A DNA stretch of 64,000 nucleotides from Naegleria gruberi (Eukaryota): the NCBI GenBank assembly GCA_000004985.1, contig GG738888.1; one strand, 5' to 3'. The notes beneath the pieces are model-generated. The model saw only the letters and a program-made list of their open reading frames with translations. It searched no databases and was not told the DNA's origin. Shown here piece after piece: positions 32,302-44,408 of this stretch. Both the position numbers and the translations under genes were made by a program. The number at the start of each line of letters is the position of its first letter. The stretch's first letter is position 1.

Positions 32302-35268
32302 ATGATTTCTAACAAGGTACTCACATCAACGCCTCTGATTCTGGATACAGACAGAAAACCAACAAGGCGTAATGTTTCCTTTGCTGAGGAAGCTATTGCT
32401 ACCACTACAACAACTACACCTTCGAATGGTGTTGCATCAGCTACTATAACATCTACATCAACAATTATGAAACCAAAACCTAAAAAGAAGACTAAAAAGG
32501 AGGAATTATCATCCATGTCACACAGTTCATCAGTTTCTAGCGTAGATACCATGTCTGTGTTAACATTGTTGAGAGAAGCCTCTGGAGTCGAGAATAGAAT
32601 TAGAAAGAACCATCGTATTCTTGAGAGGACGTCTACCTTTGGTAGTTTTTCACAAATGGAATTTGTTTGGACCTTTTTAACTGTACTGGGGATTATTGGT
32701 GGAATTATTGGTTTTTATATTGATATTGTTGTGGAATATATTGTTATTGGAAGAGATACAATTTTGGCTGGAATGGTTGAATCAACTCCTGGACTTCAAA
32801 TGTTTGTCTGGGTACTTTTCAATTTGGCATTTGTTGTTTTGGCATTATTATTAACACTTTGGGTTGCTCCTATTGCTGAAGGAAGTGGTATTCCTCCAGT
32901 TAAAGCTATTTTGGTATGTTTTTGTGTTATAGTAAGATTAGTTTTCTTACCTTTTCTAATATGACTATATTTTATCATTTTCAAAATTGGAATATTTCAC
33001 AAAATAATATTAAAATGCATAATCACATGATAATTGGAATCTAATTAGACTGGTGTTGACAGTTTGAAAGAACCTTTGAGTTTGAAAACTTTAATTGTCA
33101 AGGTTCTTGGTGTACCTTGTGTTGTGGGAGCGGGAATGTTTGTGGGTAAAGTTGGTGGCATGATTCACATTGGTGCTGCCCTTGCTGACAATCTTATGAA
33201 ATTGAAACCTTTCCGTCCTTTGAGAAATAACAAGACACTCAGAGTTCAATTGATTGGTTGTGGATGTGCTTTGGGAGTTGGTGCAGTTTTTGGTGCACCT
33301 GCAGGTGGTGTTCTTTTTGCTCTCGAAGCTGTCGGTACATATTACAGTTTGAGAAACTATTTGAAGAACTTTTATGTTGCCTTGTTGGCTGCTTTTGTTT
33401 CTCGTCTCTTGCACAGTTTGCATGATCAGTCGATTTTACTTGTACCAGTCTATCATGTCACTCTCGATGTTCCTTCATTCACAATCATTGACTTTGTCAC
33501 TCTTGGTTTCCTTGGTGTTGTTATGGGTCTTTTGGGTGTCTTGTTTGCTTTCCTCAATGAAAAATTATTGTGGCTCAGAAATAAGGTCGGTAGAAGATTC
33601 TTCCTCTTCCTTAGAAGAAAGCACTTTAAGATTGATGATCCAAAAAGCAAATTTAGATTCCTCAAGTATCCACTCACATTTGTACAAACTCAATTTTTGT
33701 GGACTGTTCTCATTTGTGTAATTACTTCAATTCTTTGTTTCCCAACAGTGATTGGTAATTTCATGTCACTCTCTCCCAATGCTCTCATTGAAGATTTAAT
33801 GCTTAACAAGCCACTTTTGAAGGAATATGGCGCTAAGGGAGATTGGATTCCTGCTCAACTTTCTGAATACATTTCCGAAACATTCCATAGTAATGGAATG
33901 CCATCAGAATATTACACTGCAGTATTCTCAAGTCTTGGTTTGTTCATTTTGGTACGTGTCATTATTACTCCACTTTCTGTTTCCTTGCCAATTCCAAGTT
34001 GTATCTACGTTACCTTGCTCATTATGGGTGCTGGTTTTGGTAGATTCTGGGGAGAACTCTGGGCTTATATCTTACCTGATGGTTGGTCCATGCTTTTTGG
34101 TAATGAGAGAGCTTACTCTTTAATTAGACCAGGAGCTTATGCTATTGTTGGTGGTCTAGCTCTTTCAGCTAGTGCTACTCAAGCCTTTAGTACAGTTTTA
34201 ATCTTTTTGGAAATTGCTGGTATGGGTATTTATTGGCCTGCCATGTTGGCATCCATGATTGCTGTCAAAATTTCAAGACTTTTATATTATTCTGCCTATG
34301 ATGCTCAAATCAAGTTGCGTGGTTGGCCTGCTCTCCTTGAAACCAAGACTGACTCTGAAGATATCAAAGTTAGAGACATTATGGTCTATGTGGATGAACT
34401 TTCAGTGGTTGAGGAAACTGTTACTTTCAATGAGTTGCAAAGCATCTTTGAAAGTACAAAGATTATTCCAAAGACTTTCCCAGTTGTCAATTCAAAGAAG
34501 GACTTGGTTTTGGTCGGTGTAGTCAGTGTTAAACAATTACAAACCCTTTATCTAACTCTTAAAGACTCTGTTGGCAAAGTTCAATCAGAATATGAAAGAG
34601 AACAAGCTGAATTAAGAGCTAAAGTACCAATTACAACAACCAATTTGAATGCAAGAAAGGGTATTGAAAGAGTTAATATTGTCACTGAACCTAGACCAGA
34701 ACAAAATAATCTCTTATTGGATTTTGATGATTTCTTTATTGGAAATGATTGGATTGCTGAAGGTGACAAGATTGAAAAGGAAGAGGAAGAAAGTGACGAT
34801 GACGATGATTTCATTTCCAACTTGATTAACAATCCATTCTCTGTACTTCCGGGTGCTATTAACTTGAATAACATTCTTGGAGGTGGATCCTCATCTGATA
34901 ATAATACCACCAATAACCAAACAGCAACATCCACAAGCAATGTTTCTCCAGCAGTTACCACTACTACTCCACCTATTGTTGCCTCAAATGAAATTGAACT
35001 CGAGGAAAGTATCAAGTTGGAAGAACCAAAAGAAGAGACCATTGTAGACAAGAAGAAGAATGAGTTAATCAGACTTGACTATGATACTTGTCAAATTGCC
35101 ATTGCTGATGATACACCAGCAGTTCTTGCTCACTTGTTGTTCTCTCAATTGAGATTGGATGATGTTTTCGTTCTATGGATGGGTCGTCTCATTGGTCAAC
35201 TTCACAGAGAAGTTTTGATTAAGAAGATTTCAGACAGAAAGGTCTTGTTAGAACAAAAAATTGTTTAA
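32302..35268 (+). CDS. CLC-family chloride channel/transporter with C-terminal CBS domains, 2 exons: 32302..32913 and 33049..35268 (about 944 aa)
   Basis: Exon 1 ends in the CLC selectivity motif GSGIPPVKAIL|GTATGT. The 135-nt intron ends CTAATTAG|. Exon 2 continues TGVDSLKEPLSLKTLIVKVLG and has GKVGGMIHIGAA (GK/REGP motif) and GAPAGGVLFALEAV (GxFxP/GGVLFSLE motif). About 10 TM helices, then a CBS pair with an acidic/S-T-rich insert. Exon sum 2832 nt, in frame. Confidence 0.85.
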
Positions 35269-35421
35269 AAAATAAATTTTTCAATTTTTAAATCAACAAG
35301 CCATTGGAAATATTATACAAATTCAACTATTTATCAGTAACTATTTAAAAATTTCTTAATTATGAAAAAAATTTTAAAAATTAATAATTAAAATAAATTT
35401 AAATTTGATGAATTAAAAAAA

Positions 35422-36183
35422 ATGACTTTTTCTCACTTCATCTCCACCTTTGCGTTGTCCTTCATCTCACCCTACATTGTCTATTTTTCCAAACAATCAT
35501 CATCAAAAGGTGAAAAGGAAAATTCATCGATCGGAACGGAAAGAAGATTTAGTAATGTCGTGTTGGGAATTATGGCTTTTGGCTTGACCATGTTCTGTAA
35601 AATGTTTTTGATTGCCATTGTTATTAGAGGAAATGAAAATCAACAATTACAAAGTGGTGCCATTAATTTTGATGATAACAAACAAATTGCAACATTAGGC
35701 TTTGGCTTCTTTATTACAGAAATTTTAAAAACCTTGATAGGATCATTGGATTTAATCGGAATGTTCTTTATTCTTTCTTCTAAATGGTTATTAGGTGACC
35801 AAACTTCTCAATTATATGGATGTGCTATTGGATGGACTATGGGTGATAATTTATTCAACAGATTACTTCCATTGTGGTTCAGTACTCGTGGATTACAATT
35901 TGAACTTAAATCTCTTCAAATGGGTGTTTATAGTAATATTGTAATGCTTGAATGGATTGCTGTGGCAACATTTGTCTTTCTCTATTCAAAGAAAAAGTTT
36001 GAACAAAAGAACTATGTCAGAACCATGTTAATTATTCTCACAGTTTTCCCATTCGTTTTTGAAATTGTCAAGGTTCTTATTGGAGTGCAATGTGTTTGGT
36101 GTTTGATGGGAATTAAGGCATGTTTCTATGGAGTTTTCTGTTTATTAGCAAACTCTACCTTGTCTCAATACGAAAAGGAGTAA
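35422..36183 (+). CDS. TMEM147: TMEM147 homolog (7-TM subunit of the ER Nicalin-NOMO/BOS complex)
   Basis: 253-aa multi-pass ORF collinear with metazoan TMEM147: [24 protein letters not shown] vs [34 protein letters not shown] vs [21 protein letters not shown] vs [50 protein letters not shown] vs [39 protein letters not shown]. Confidence 0.6.
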   Translation: [253 protein letters not shown]

Positions 36184-36668
36184 TTTGAACAAGCAGAAAG
36201 AATAAAACCAATTAAAATAATTTCAATCAATTAAAACTTGTAACTAATGGGAATGATGTTCATTATTGTAATGCTATAATTATTTGGAACTTGAGAGACA
36301 GTGTTCAAAATTCATTCTTACCCCTGTTGGAATGCCTTTCCAAAACAACAATTCAGTTAAACATCATGGCATAGTAATGGTAGTAATAGAATTGTAAGAC
36401 ACGTTTTTCCAAGCACTTGTCAGTGAAATTCACAATATGTCGTGTTATCGAACTATTCGAATCTCCAATGACCCGAAGTTGAATAGGTGAATGCACCTTG
36501 TCTTGGATCCAACTTCCATTTCTCAGCCAACCTAAAATTGTGGTTCTTCCGCTCTAAATACTCTCAGAAGCATCAGTGATAGTTTTATTCGAAAAAAAGA
36601 GACTATTCGAAACAAGCACACTTCAGCCATTTTCTTAAAAAATAGCCAATCTCTTATTTCAAGTAAAC

Positions 36669-38655
36669 TTGATGAATCAAACATTATCAACTTCAACATC
36701 AAGAAACATGTATTCGAATGAGAAGATAAATTGTTCGAATTGTTGCAGTGAATTATGTCGGAAGAATCGAATAGAAAGTCATAATTCAATGGTGCCCTGT
36801 ACGATTGGAGAGTTTAGATGCATGTATGGGACTGATAGTTTAGTTGAATTATTTAGTAGAATTGCTAATAATATAGTACAAGGACAGAGTAAGACTAATC
36901 TAGACGAAAGTGAGGCTAAACAACTTGAAGTTGATCAAATTGTGATGAAGGTTATGAAAATCGTTGCAGAGCCTTCATCAAGTGCTCTTGGAATAGTTTT
37001 CAGCTCACGACTTGAACATGCACTTCATAAACTTCATCTCACACTTATTGGATTCGGAACTAATGATACAACAGCTTTAGGATTCGACAATAATTCATGG
37101 TCAGATTTCAAGAGTGGCAAGGAAATATCCACCTTCATCAAGGATGCATCCAAAAGTCAACCACAATCTTTCATTACCGAGGATTTCATCGAGAAGGAAA
37201 CAACACTTGTGGATTTGGGACATAAAATCTACTCAACAGTTGGAATTAATTCAAATATCGAAATGGTTGCATTGGGATATGATTTCAGTTATTTTATCTA
37301 TGCATGTGGATGTATTGGATTGGCAGGAACGTGGTCAGAGAGTTTTGCTCGACTCTTCAAGTATCAATGGTCGAGAGAGTTGTCCTCTGTGCATCCGTCC
37401 ATGTTTTGCACTGCAATGATAAGTAGTAGGTTTTAATGTTGTGACATGTTGGGATTAATTTGGAATTTTTACAAAAATGGAAATTTGACACTTGTTGACT
37501 TTTTTAGAGGATAGAAAAACATTGTTTTCATTTGGATATAATTCTATGGGACAAGCTTCTGGGAAACTATCAGATGCTTATTTATTTCCAAAAGCTGTTG
37601 ATCCACAATTACACAATCATGAAACTATTCGATTTGTTTCGGTTGGATTTGAAGCAATTTATCTAGTGACTGAGGAAAACAACATGTATGTCTCTGGAGG
37701 TAATCACAATCACGAGCTGGGTATTGAGTGGATTAGGAAGAGTAAAATCAATGATTCCAATAGAATTGTGTTGAATTATGAAGTTGCTGAGGAAATTTTG
37801 GAAAAAGTTCAGGAACGAAAAATTATTCCAACTCTGCAATTGGTTCCAAATCTACCAAAACATGAGAAAATTATTCAGGTTGCAGCTGGTGAGAAGCATT
37901 CTTTTGTCTTAACAGAGGCAGGTAATATGTACTGCACTGGATCTAATCAAGTTGGTCAATTGGGATTGGGAAGTTCTGTTTCAGGTTTGGATAAATTCGA
38001 GAAACATCCATTTTCGAATATTGAAAAGGTAACACTCATTCATTGCTTTCAAAGTTCAACGATTTGGGTGACTGAGAGTGATACTGTCTATGTATGTGGT
38101 GAAAATTCCAATTCTGAGCTAGGAAATCTGTCATCTAATGATATTCTAATTGATGAGGAAAATCAAAATTTCATGGAACCTGTCACTCATCCAATATTAT
38201 GTGGAAAGGGAATTGTAAAAATTTATGGAATTTACAATTTATTTGCCATTACACGAAATGGTGAATATTTATGTTGGGGATCTAATGAGGAAAATGAACT
38301 TGGATTGGATGAAAATACTTTACTATCTTATAATTCTGGAGAAATTGTTAGAAACTTGGTATTTGAAAGGTATTCCAATTTGGTAAAAACTCGTGGATAT
38401 AAAATGGTATTAGCAGCAGGTTTCAATCATACCGTTCTATATTTCAAGGTAGATAATAAGAGAATTGTTTTCATGTTCCAACAATTACAGAATTTTGTGG
38501 AAAACTCACAAACTATTTCACCATTTTCAGATATTTCAATTATTCATGAAGAAGATATTCATGTTGATAATATCCTGAAAAGAAAATACAATGAAGCTAA
38601 TAACTCTCAAATAGAATCAAAAAAACAAAAAATAATCAAGGAAAAAATTAATTAA
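36669..38655 (+). CDS. RCC1-repeat (beta-propeller) protein, probably 2 exons (36669..about 37422 and about 37498..38655)
   Basis: Second ORF shows RCC1-like blades: GYNSMGQASG, VAAGEKHSFVLTEAGNMYCTGSNQVGQLGLGS, VYVCGENSNSELG, LCWGSNEENELGLD. First ORF has weaker blade-like segments (LIGFGTNDTTALGF, VALGYDFSYFIYACG). Proposed junction A|GTAGTA...TTTTTTAG|AG joins them in phase. My base indexing at the acceptor disagrees with the track frame by a few nt. Confidence 0.5.
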
Positions 38656-38797
38656 AAAATCTTTTTTGGTATTTTTTATATAATATTAACATATTAAATG
38701 GAAGAAAATTAACCTTCCCTATATGAAATCTCTTCTCAATATATTTGACTTGTTCCCAATTTAGACAATTTAAAATTTTTCTTTTAAAATTGAAAAT

Positions 38798-39180
38798 TTG
38801 CAATTTTTAAAATTTTTTGAAAAACCGCTTAAAAAAATGTTGAGAGGAAGTTTGCGTAGCGTTGCCGCTATCAGAAGAGGAGCATCAATGATTTCAAATA
38901 GGAATAATATTCGTATGATTTCATCTAGTTGTATGGCTAATAACGGGCTGAGTGCATTCAATGCTGTTGCTAGTCAAAGGTAGGAATTTTTTGATGTTTT
39001 TTATTAATTCGTGATGATGTTGATGAATATTGTTGTTCTATATTGTTGTTATTGTTTTTGTATTAATATTATATATGAATATTATTTAATGATGAAATAG
39101 TACTTCCGGTAATAGAAATAACTTTTGTGTTAAAGTGGTGAATCCAAGTGGAGTGTTTGCTCAAGGTTATATTACTTTTG
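38798..39180 (+). CDS. Possible small nuclear-encoded mitochondrial protein (presequence-like N-terminus), multi-exon, structure unresolved
   Basis: ORF begins MLRGSLRSVAAIRRGASMISNRNNIRMISS (R/S-rich amphipathic, no acidic residues) and ends at a GTAGGA donor-like site. A downstream in-frame-capable exon encodes ...VKVVNPSGVFAQGYITFGNTDDD before a GTTAGT donor-like site. No family match recognised. Confidence 0.2.
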
Positions 39181-39851
39181 GAAATACAGATGATGATGGT
39201 TAGTATGGTTAGTAGAGATTAATTCGATTAATAATTCTTAATTATTCAAAATAGATGGATAGGTGTGTATTATTTAAATTTAATGGAATTTACTAACATG
39301 TTGTTGCTTCCGATAATATCTAATAGTAGAAACTTGATAATCCTTTTTGTTTTGGAGAATTTAGGTGTTTGACAAAAACTATGTATGTCTCAAATATTCA
39401 ATATGCGTGTTTGCTCATATATTTCATTCTGTATTCAGAATTCCCAAGTGTGAATATTTAACTTTTCCCAATATATTTGTTGTTGGATATATTTAAAAAA
39501 AACTAAGATTAAAAATTGAAACATTATATATTCTTCTCCATCATCTTTTCATCCACACTTCTCTATCAATAATTTCACAAAGGAACGTAAAGATAAATTT
39601 TGTTATTGAAATTCAATAATTAAATTGATAAAAAATGCCAGCATCAAGTAAGTTGATGAAAACACAACGATTTGTGTGATGACCATTAAAAATTGATGAT
39701 TATTTGAATGTTTATAAATTGGCGTCGGATTTAAAAAGAAAAGAAAATTAAACAAAAGTTAAAGCAAAAGGAAAAGAAACAAGGAGAAACATCGACTGAA
39801 ATTGATGTCGATCGTCACGTTCCTCAAAATGCTAATGATTTTCAACAAGCT

Positions 39852-40130
39852 TTGGATTCTATTGCCAATCAATTGGATTCAATGAGCTCTCTTGGAACTC
39901 ATCTTGATGACGATGATGATGATAACGTTAGCTGTGTGACAAGTCAATTGTCTAAAAAGAAGGGTATCACAAAACCACAATCCAAGAAACAAAAATCAAA
40001 ACAAAAGAAGAATTTGGAAAAAGCTCTTTCATATCAAGATCGTTTGGAAACAACTGAAGTTAAAACTATTCATGATAAAATAAGGAAATTGCCAGAAGAA
40101 AAACAAAGAAGACACAATAAGAAGAAATAA
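39852..40130 (+). CDS. Small highly basic/acidic protein (K/R-rich with poly-D tract); 5' exon(s) uncertain
   Basis: 92-aa ORF with DDDDDD and KKQKSKQKK tracts. Open upstream in frame back to about 39750. A possible first exon ATGCCAGCATCAA|GTAAGT lies at 39634, but phases do not join cleanly. Confidence 0.25.
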   Translation: MDSIANQLDSMSSLGTHLDDDDDDNVSCVTSQLSKKKGITKPQSKKQKSKQKKNLEKALSYQDRLETTEVKTIHDKIRKLPEEKQRRHNKKK

Positions 40131-40143
40131 TGAACTAGTTCTT

Positions 40144-41805
40144 TTAATCATTACATTCTGCAAATTCTTCATCGGATGAACTGTCGCTATCTGCACTAAT
40201 TTGATCTCTCATATCAATGTGAAAATTATCAATGTCAATACTTTCAGTTTTACCAACAGCTCTCCTAATGAAATGTCTCATATCTGAATTATTCTTAAAT
40301 CGATGGCTTAGATGCTTTCTTGGTCTTTCTTCTCTGGTGGGAGTTGTTGCTGATGGTGAATCGGTTGTATTCAACTTTATGGATTGAGGTGAAACTATAC
40401 CATCTTCACTTGGAGTTACAGCAATGGCTGGAATTTCATTGTTTCTTTTGGGCGTACTAACTTCTGTTGGTTCATCTTTTTCAACAACATTCGTATTACT
40501 GGACACTGTTGCTGGTGTAGTATTAGGAACTGCACTTGCAGCAACATTCTTCTCTGTATTGTTCACAATAGTTTGTGCTGGCATGGCATTAAGGTTTTCA
40601 CCACTTGTACCCATCAAATTGACTATCGAGTTGGTTCTTTCCTTTGATCCAACTTGAGCTTGTTCCTGTTCTTGTATCACTGTTGCAGTTGAAACAGTGT
40701 TGACTATTGAGCTGGCTCTTTCCTTTGTTGTTACTATGGATGATATCTGCACATCCCTCTTTGAATCTTGTACAATACTTGTTGTTGATGTTGATACGAT
40801 CGATTTAATCGAATCTTGCGTTGTTTGTTCCATAGTACTATTTGGTGAATCATGCAATTGATGATTTACATGATGATGAAACTCTTCATCAATTGAAGAT
40901 CTAAATGCACTATAAGACACACCAGTACCACCACCATTTGTGGAAATGGTTGCAGCAGTTCTAGGTGTTTCCAAAGTGTCAATATCACAATCAACAGTAC
41001 CACACAAGGATTCAGCACCATCCATTACACTGATAGATGGTGTTTCTTCCATGAATAATTCCTTCCTCGTGAGTGAATCCAATTGAGGAGTGACTGTGAA
41101 ATCTGTCATGTCCTTAAAGTCCAATTCTTGGAAAACTTGAACACAAAAGTGAGCCGATGCAAATACATGAATGCAAGAGAGTGTTACATTGAGCGAATTC
41201 TCTGGATGCATTGTTGTGAAGGTGATGGTTTCTGTTGATCCAGATTTGATTATTCTCTCAGTGTAAACATTGTAGATAATCTCAGAGTTAATTGCTTCTT
41301 GTTCTTTTAAACTATTGGTGGAGATGAATGTTTGCTTTTTACATACTTTAATTTGGACTGAGAGTTTTGAGGCCTTTTTGGAGGATTTGTTATCTATTCG
41401 GAGGTAGAATTTGCCTTGAGGGATCTATGAGATGATGATATTAAGGAAGAATGACGATGATGATAATTTGTTGTTGATGATGTCATTAAATGATGAATTG
41501 GAAATAATTGGTTGGTGGTTATTAAGAAAATTTTGAATTGTGTTCAATTTTTCATCAAGTGTTGAATATATAAAGGTAAAATGCATAGAAATATTCCAAA
41601 CGCTACTTACACTATATGAAACAGATGCAGGGTTGAGATGATCCAATGTTCCTTCCTTACACAGAATGGAAATGGAATTAGAGTTGAGGAATACACTCCC
41701 ACGTTTAATTCTCGAGTTTTTCTTCTTGATGCTTCTATCGAGGTGGGTCTCTGATGAATTGTGTGAATCCGAACCACAACAAGCCAAAAACAGTTTCCTT
41801 AACAT
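40144..41805 (-). CDS. S/T-rich hypothetical protein, 2 exons (41805..about 41595 and about 41425..40144)
   Basis: First exon MLRKLFLACCGSDSHNSSE...ASVSYS ends at AGT|GTAAGTAGCG. About 170-nt intron ends TCTCATAG|. Second exon IPQGKFYLRIDNKSSK... continues in frame into the 355-aa track ORF. Body has long S/T/N-rich stretches and an acidic C-terminus. N-terminal CC pair could be an acylation site. Confidence 0.45.
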
Positions 41806-42030
41806 TTTTATTTACATGAAACTCTTCCTGTAACGGTATTTTTTTTGAGGGTCTTTAATAATGGAGGTTGATTTTGTTCTGTAATTTCATCCATTACCTA
41901 AACTCAGCAGTGAGTTGTATTGTCGTTTGAATCTTCAATGGTTGAGCGACGCATTGCGAAAATTATCAACATTCACATGGTTTGTTCGTGACGAGTCGAA
42001 CAGACCATGGGAATATTATTGAGATGAGAT

Positions 42031-43993
42031 TTAAGGACTCCAACCCTTACTGGATATTTGTCGTTGATTCTTGCTTGGATCATCCATTAATTCAAGCAAT
42101 TCTTCATCGATTTCCTCCTCCAAAACTTCTGGATTTGCTTCCTTGTATTCTAGATTGGTTGTTGCCATCTTGAACGGTTGTCTTCTTTGATTTCCCTTTC
42201 TCTTCTCCAACCATTTGGAGGTAATTTCAGCAGATGGAAGCATAATCTTGGCAGCAGATTTTGCCTTGGTAATTACTCGTTCTCCTGTTTTTGGAGCTGA
42301 TCCAGCTCTAGTACTTGTCACTGACTTGGATCTTCTTTCAGTGTCATTTGTAGTTTTTATCCTCTCTTGGCCAGCAACACAAGTTGGTGATTTTGATCTA
42401 AGGGTAGGAGTTTTCGAGGTTCCAAACGAGACTTGCTTAGCCGACGATGAGGCAGTATTAAAATGAGATTGTGCAGCCATAAACTCTGCTGTAGCCTTTT
42501 CAATAAACTTGGAGTATTTTTCCATCTTGTTATCACTGCTTGGATAGATTCTCTTGTACTTTCCTTGTGACATAATGTCATCTTCTTTTTTTGTGTGGAA
42601 ATCTACTAGCTCTTCTCTACTTGCCATGGATTTGAGGATTTGATCAACTTCTTCATTAGCATTTCCTGTGATTCTTTCCTTTGAAAGAGCCTTTTCAAGT
42701 TTCATCCCAACAATTCTGTCATTAGGATCAATGGCAAGCATTTTCATTGTTTCAGTTAAAAGGTTAAACTTGACATGTCTATCAAGAGGAGTATCAGTGT
42801 TGAAAGATGGTGAATGATTCACTTCCAATAACCATGGATTCATCTTTTCATCTAACAAGACATCAAAGCCCAAAATTTCAAAACAAACAAAGTCACCATG
42901 TTTTTGGGAGAGTGAAGTTTTGTACTGACTGACCAATTGAGGATAGATTGAGAGAACAGTCTTGTTGATAATATCTCCAACATCACCCCAAACTTTTTCT
43001 GGTGAGTATCCCTTTCCTTCGAGGTAATCATTTAAGAATGCAAAATTTCTCTTACTTCCCACCGAAAAGTTATTTGGATCATATTCAAATCCGTCACTCT
43101 TCTTATTGACACTGTAATTGGTCAAGTGCATACATTCTGTTTTGATATTGGTTTGGGTTGGGGCCTTATACTTTTCTGTACAAATTCTAACGAGACCATC
43201 TTGATACATGAAAATTTTAAGTGGATCAATGCACAGCACGAGGGCATATACTCTCAAATCGAACTTGTATCCATCAATCAGGAAAGGTCTATCAACATAT
43301 AACTGAACTACACAATCACCATATCTTTCAGCATCTGTTGGATCTTGAGTAATTACAATGCCTTTACCTTGACATCCGGCTGTTGGTTTGATAATATAGG
43401 TCTTTCCAATAATTTTCTTACTGGACTTGAATTTGCAATATTCTTGAGGGAGAACCCAAGATGATGGAAGAAATGAAAATTCATCAGGGAATGATTTCTT
43501 TAGTCTTTTCATATTTCTTGCGAGTGGAATCTTTCTGCAAATACCTCCCATAGCTGGAAAGTGATTGATTTTTTGAAAGGTTCTCAATTTCATGACTCTG
43601 TCTGGAGCACTGGATTGATCCATCCAAAAGACAGTGAAATCCTTTGCATTACTGGTTGGTTTTCTGATTTTCCAACCACTTGCCAAACAAGCATCTCTGA
43701 CTACATTATATTTCTAATAAGGTCAAGTGATTAAGCATAATTTTGAAGAAAATACATACACAATTAGTTAAATCTACAATAATTGGAGGATTTGAGGAGG
43801 ATTCCCTGCCCGTTGATGGTGATTCAGAACGTGTGTCGGTCGGAGAGGCAGGTGATGATGGTGTTGATGCATTTTGCACATCTTCCTCTTCTTCCTTCTC
43901 TATTCTAGGAGTATCCTCCATCTCTGATGAAGCCGATAGTGAATTGGTATCAATATCATTTGTGTTGTATTCCATTGTATCAATGTTTTCCAT
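42031..43993 (-). CDS. Tubulin-tyrosine-ligase-like (TTL/TTLL family) protein, 2 exons: 43993..43760 and 43713..42031
   Basis: Exon 1 (acidic/S-rich N-terminus) ends DLTNC|GTATGT. 46-nt intron ends CCTTATTAG|. Exon 2 KYNVVRDACLASGWKIRK... carries TTL-domain motifs: KINHFPAMGGICRK, IIKPTAGCQGKGIVI, QLYVDRPFLIDGYKFDLRVYALV, CMHLTNYSVNKK, FEILGFDVLLDEKMNPWLLEVNHSPSF. Long basic/S-rich C-terminal extension. Confidence 0.8.
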
Positions 43994-44408
43994 CCTGTAA
44001 ATATTTTGAAGATAAAATGTCGATTCGGATTGGTTTCGATATTATTAAAGAGTTGAGTCCTGTTGTTCTATTTCCTACAATATAAAACCATCTAGGCAAA
44101 AGTGCAGTTATCTGTTTGGTTGTTTTTTTCGTTTTGAAATATTGTATGGTGAATGGCGCCAATTCCAACTTACCGCCAAAATTCAAAAAAAATGTAACTG
44201 AAAAAATAGCGGATCCTAAAAAGGGTGTCTTTTGTGTCTTCTCAAGAAACTGTGATTCTCTACATTGTAGAGATTTGAACTTAATTGTTCTTCAATCTCT
44301 CTAAGGACGTAGGAACCGACAAAGTGATAATAATGCAAGAGTAAAACTCAAAATAGTTTGTTCAAGTAAAAAGGCTAAAAATTAGCGCAATCATCACCAG
44401 CTAAAAAA

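Noticed and set aside
38656-39850. Possible additional genes in the 1.2-kb stretch after the RCC1 gene
   Set aside because: Only short exon-like fragments bounded by GT donor-like sites were seen (listed as low-confidence features). No phase-consistent multi-exon model could be built by eye.
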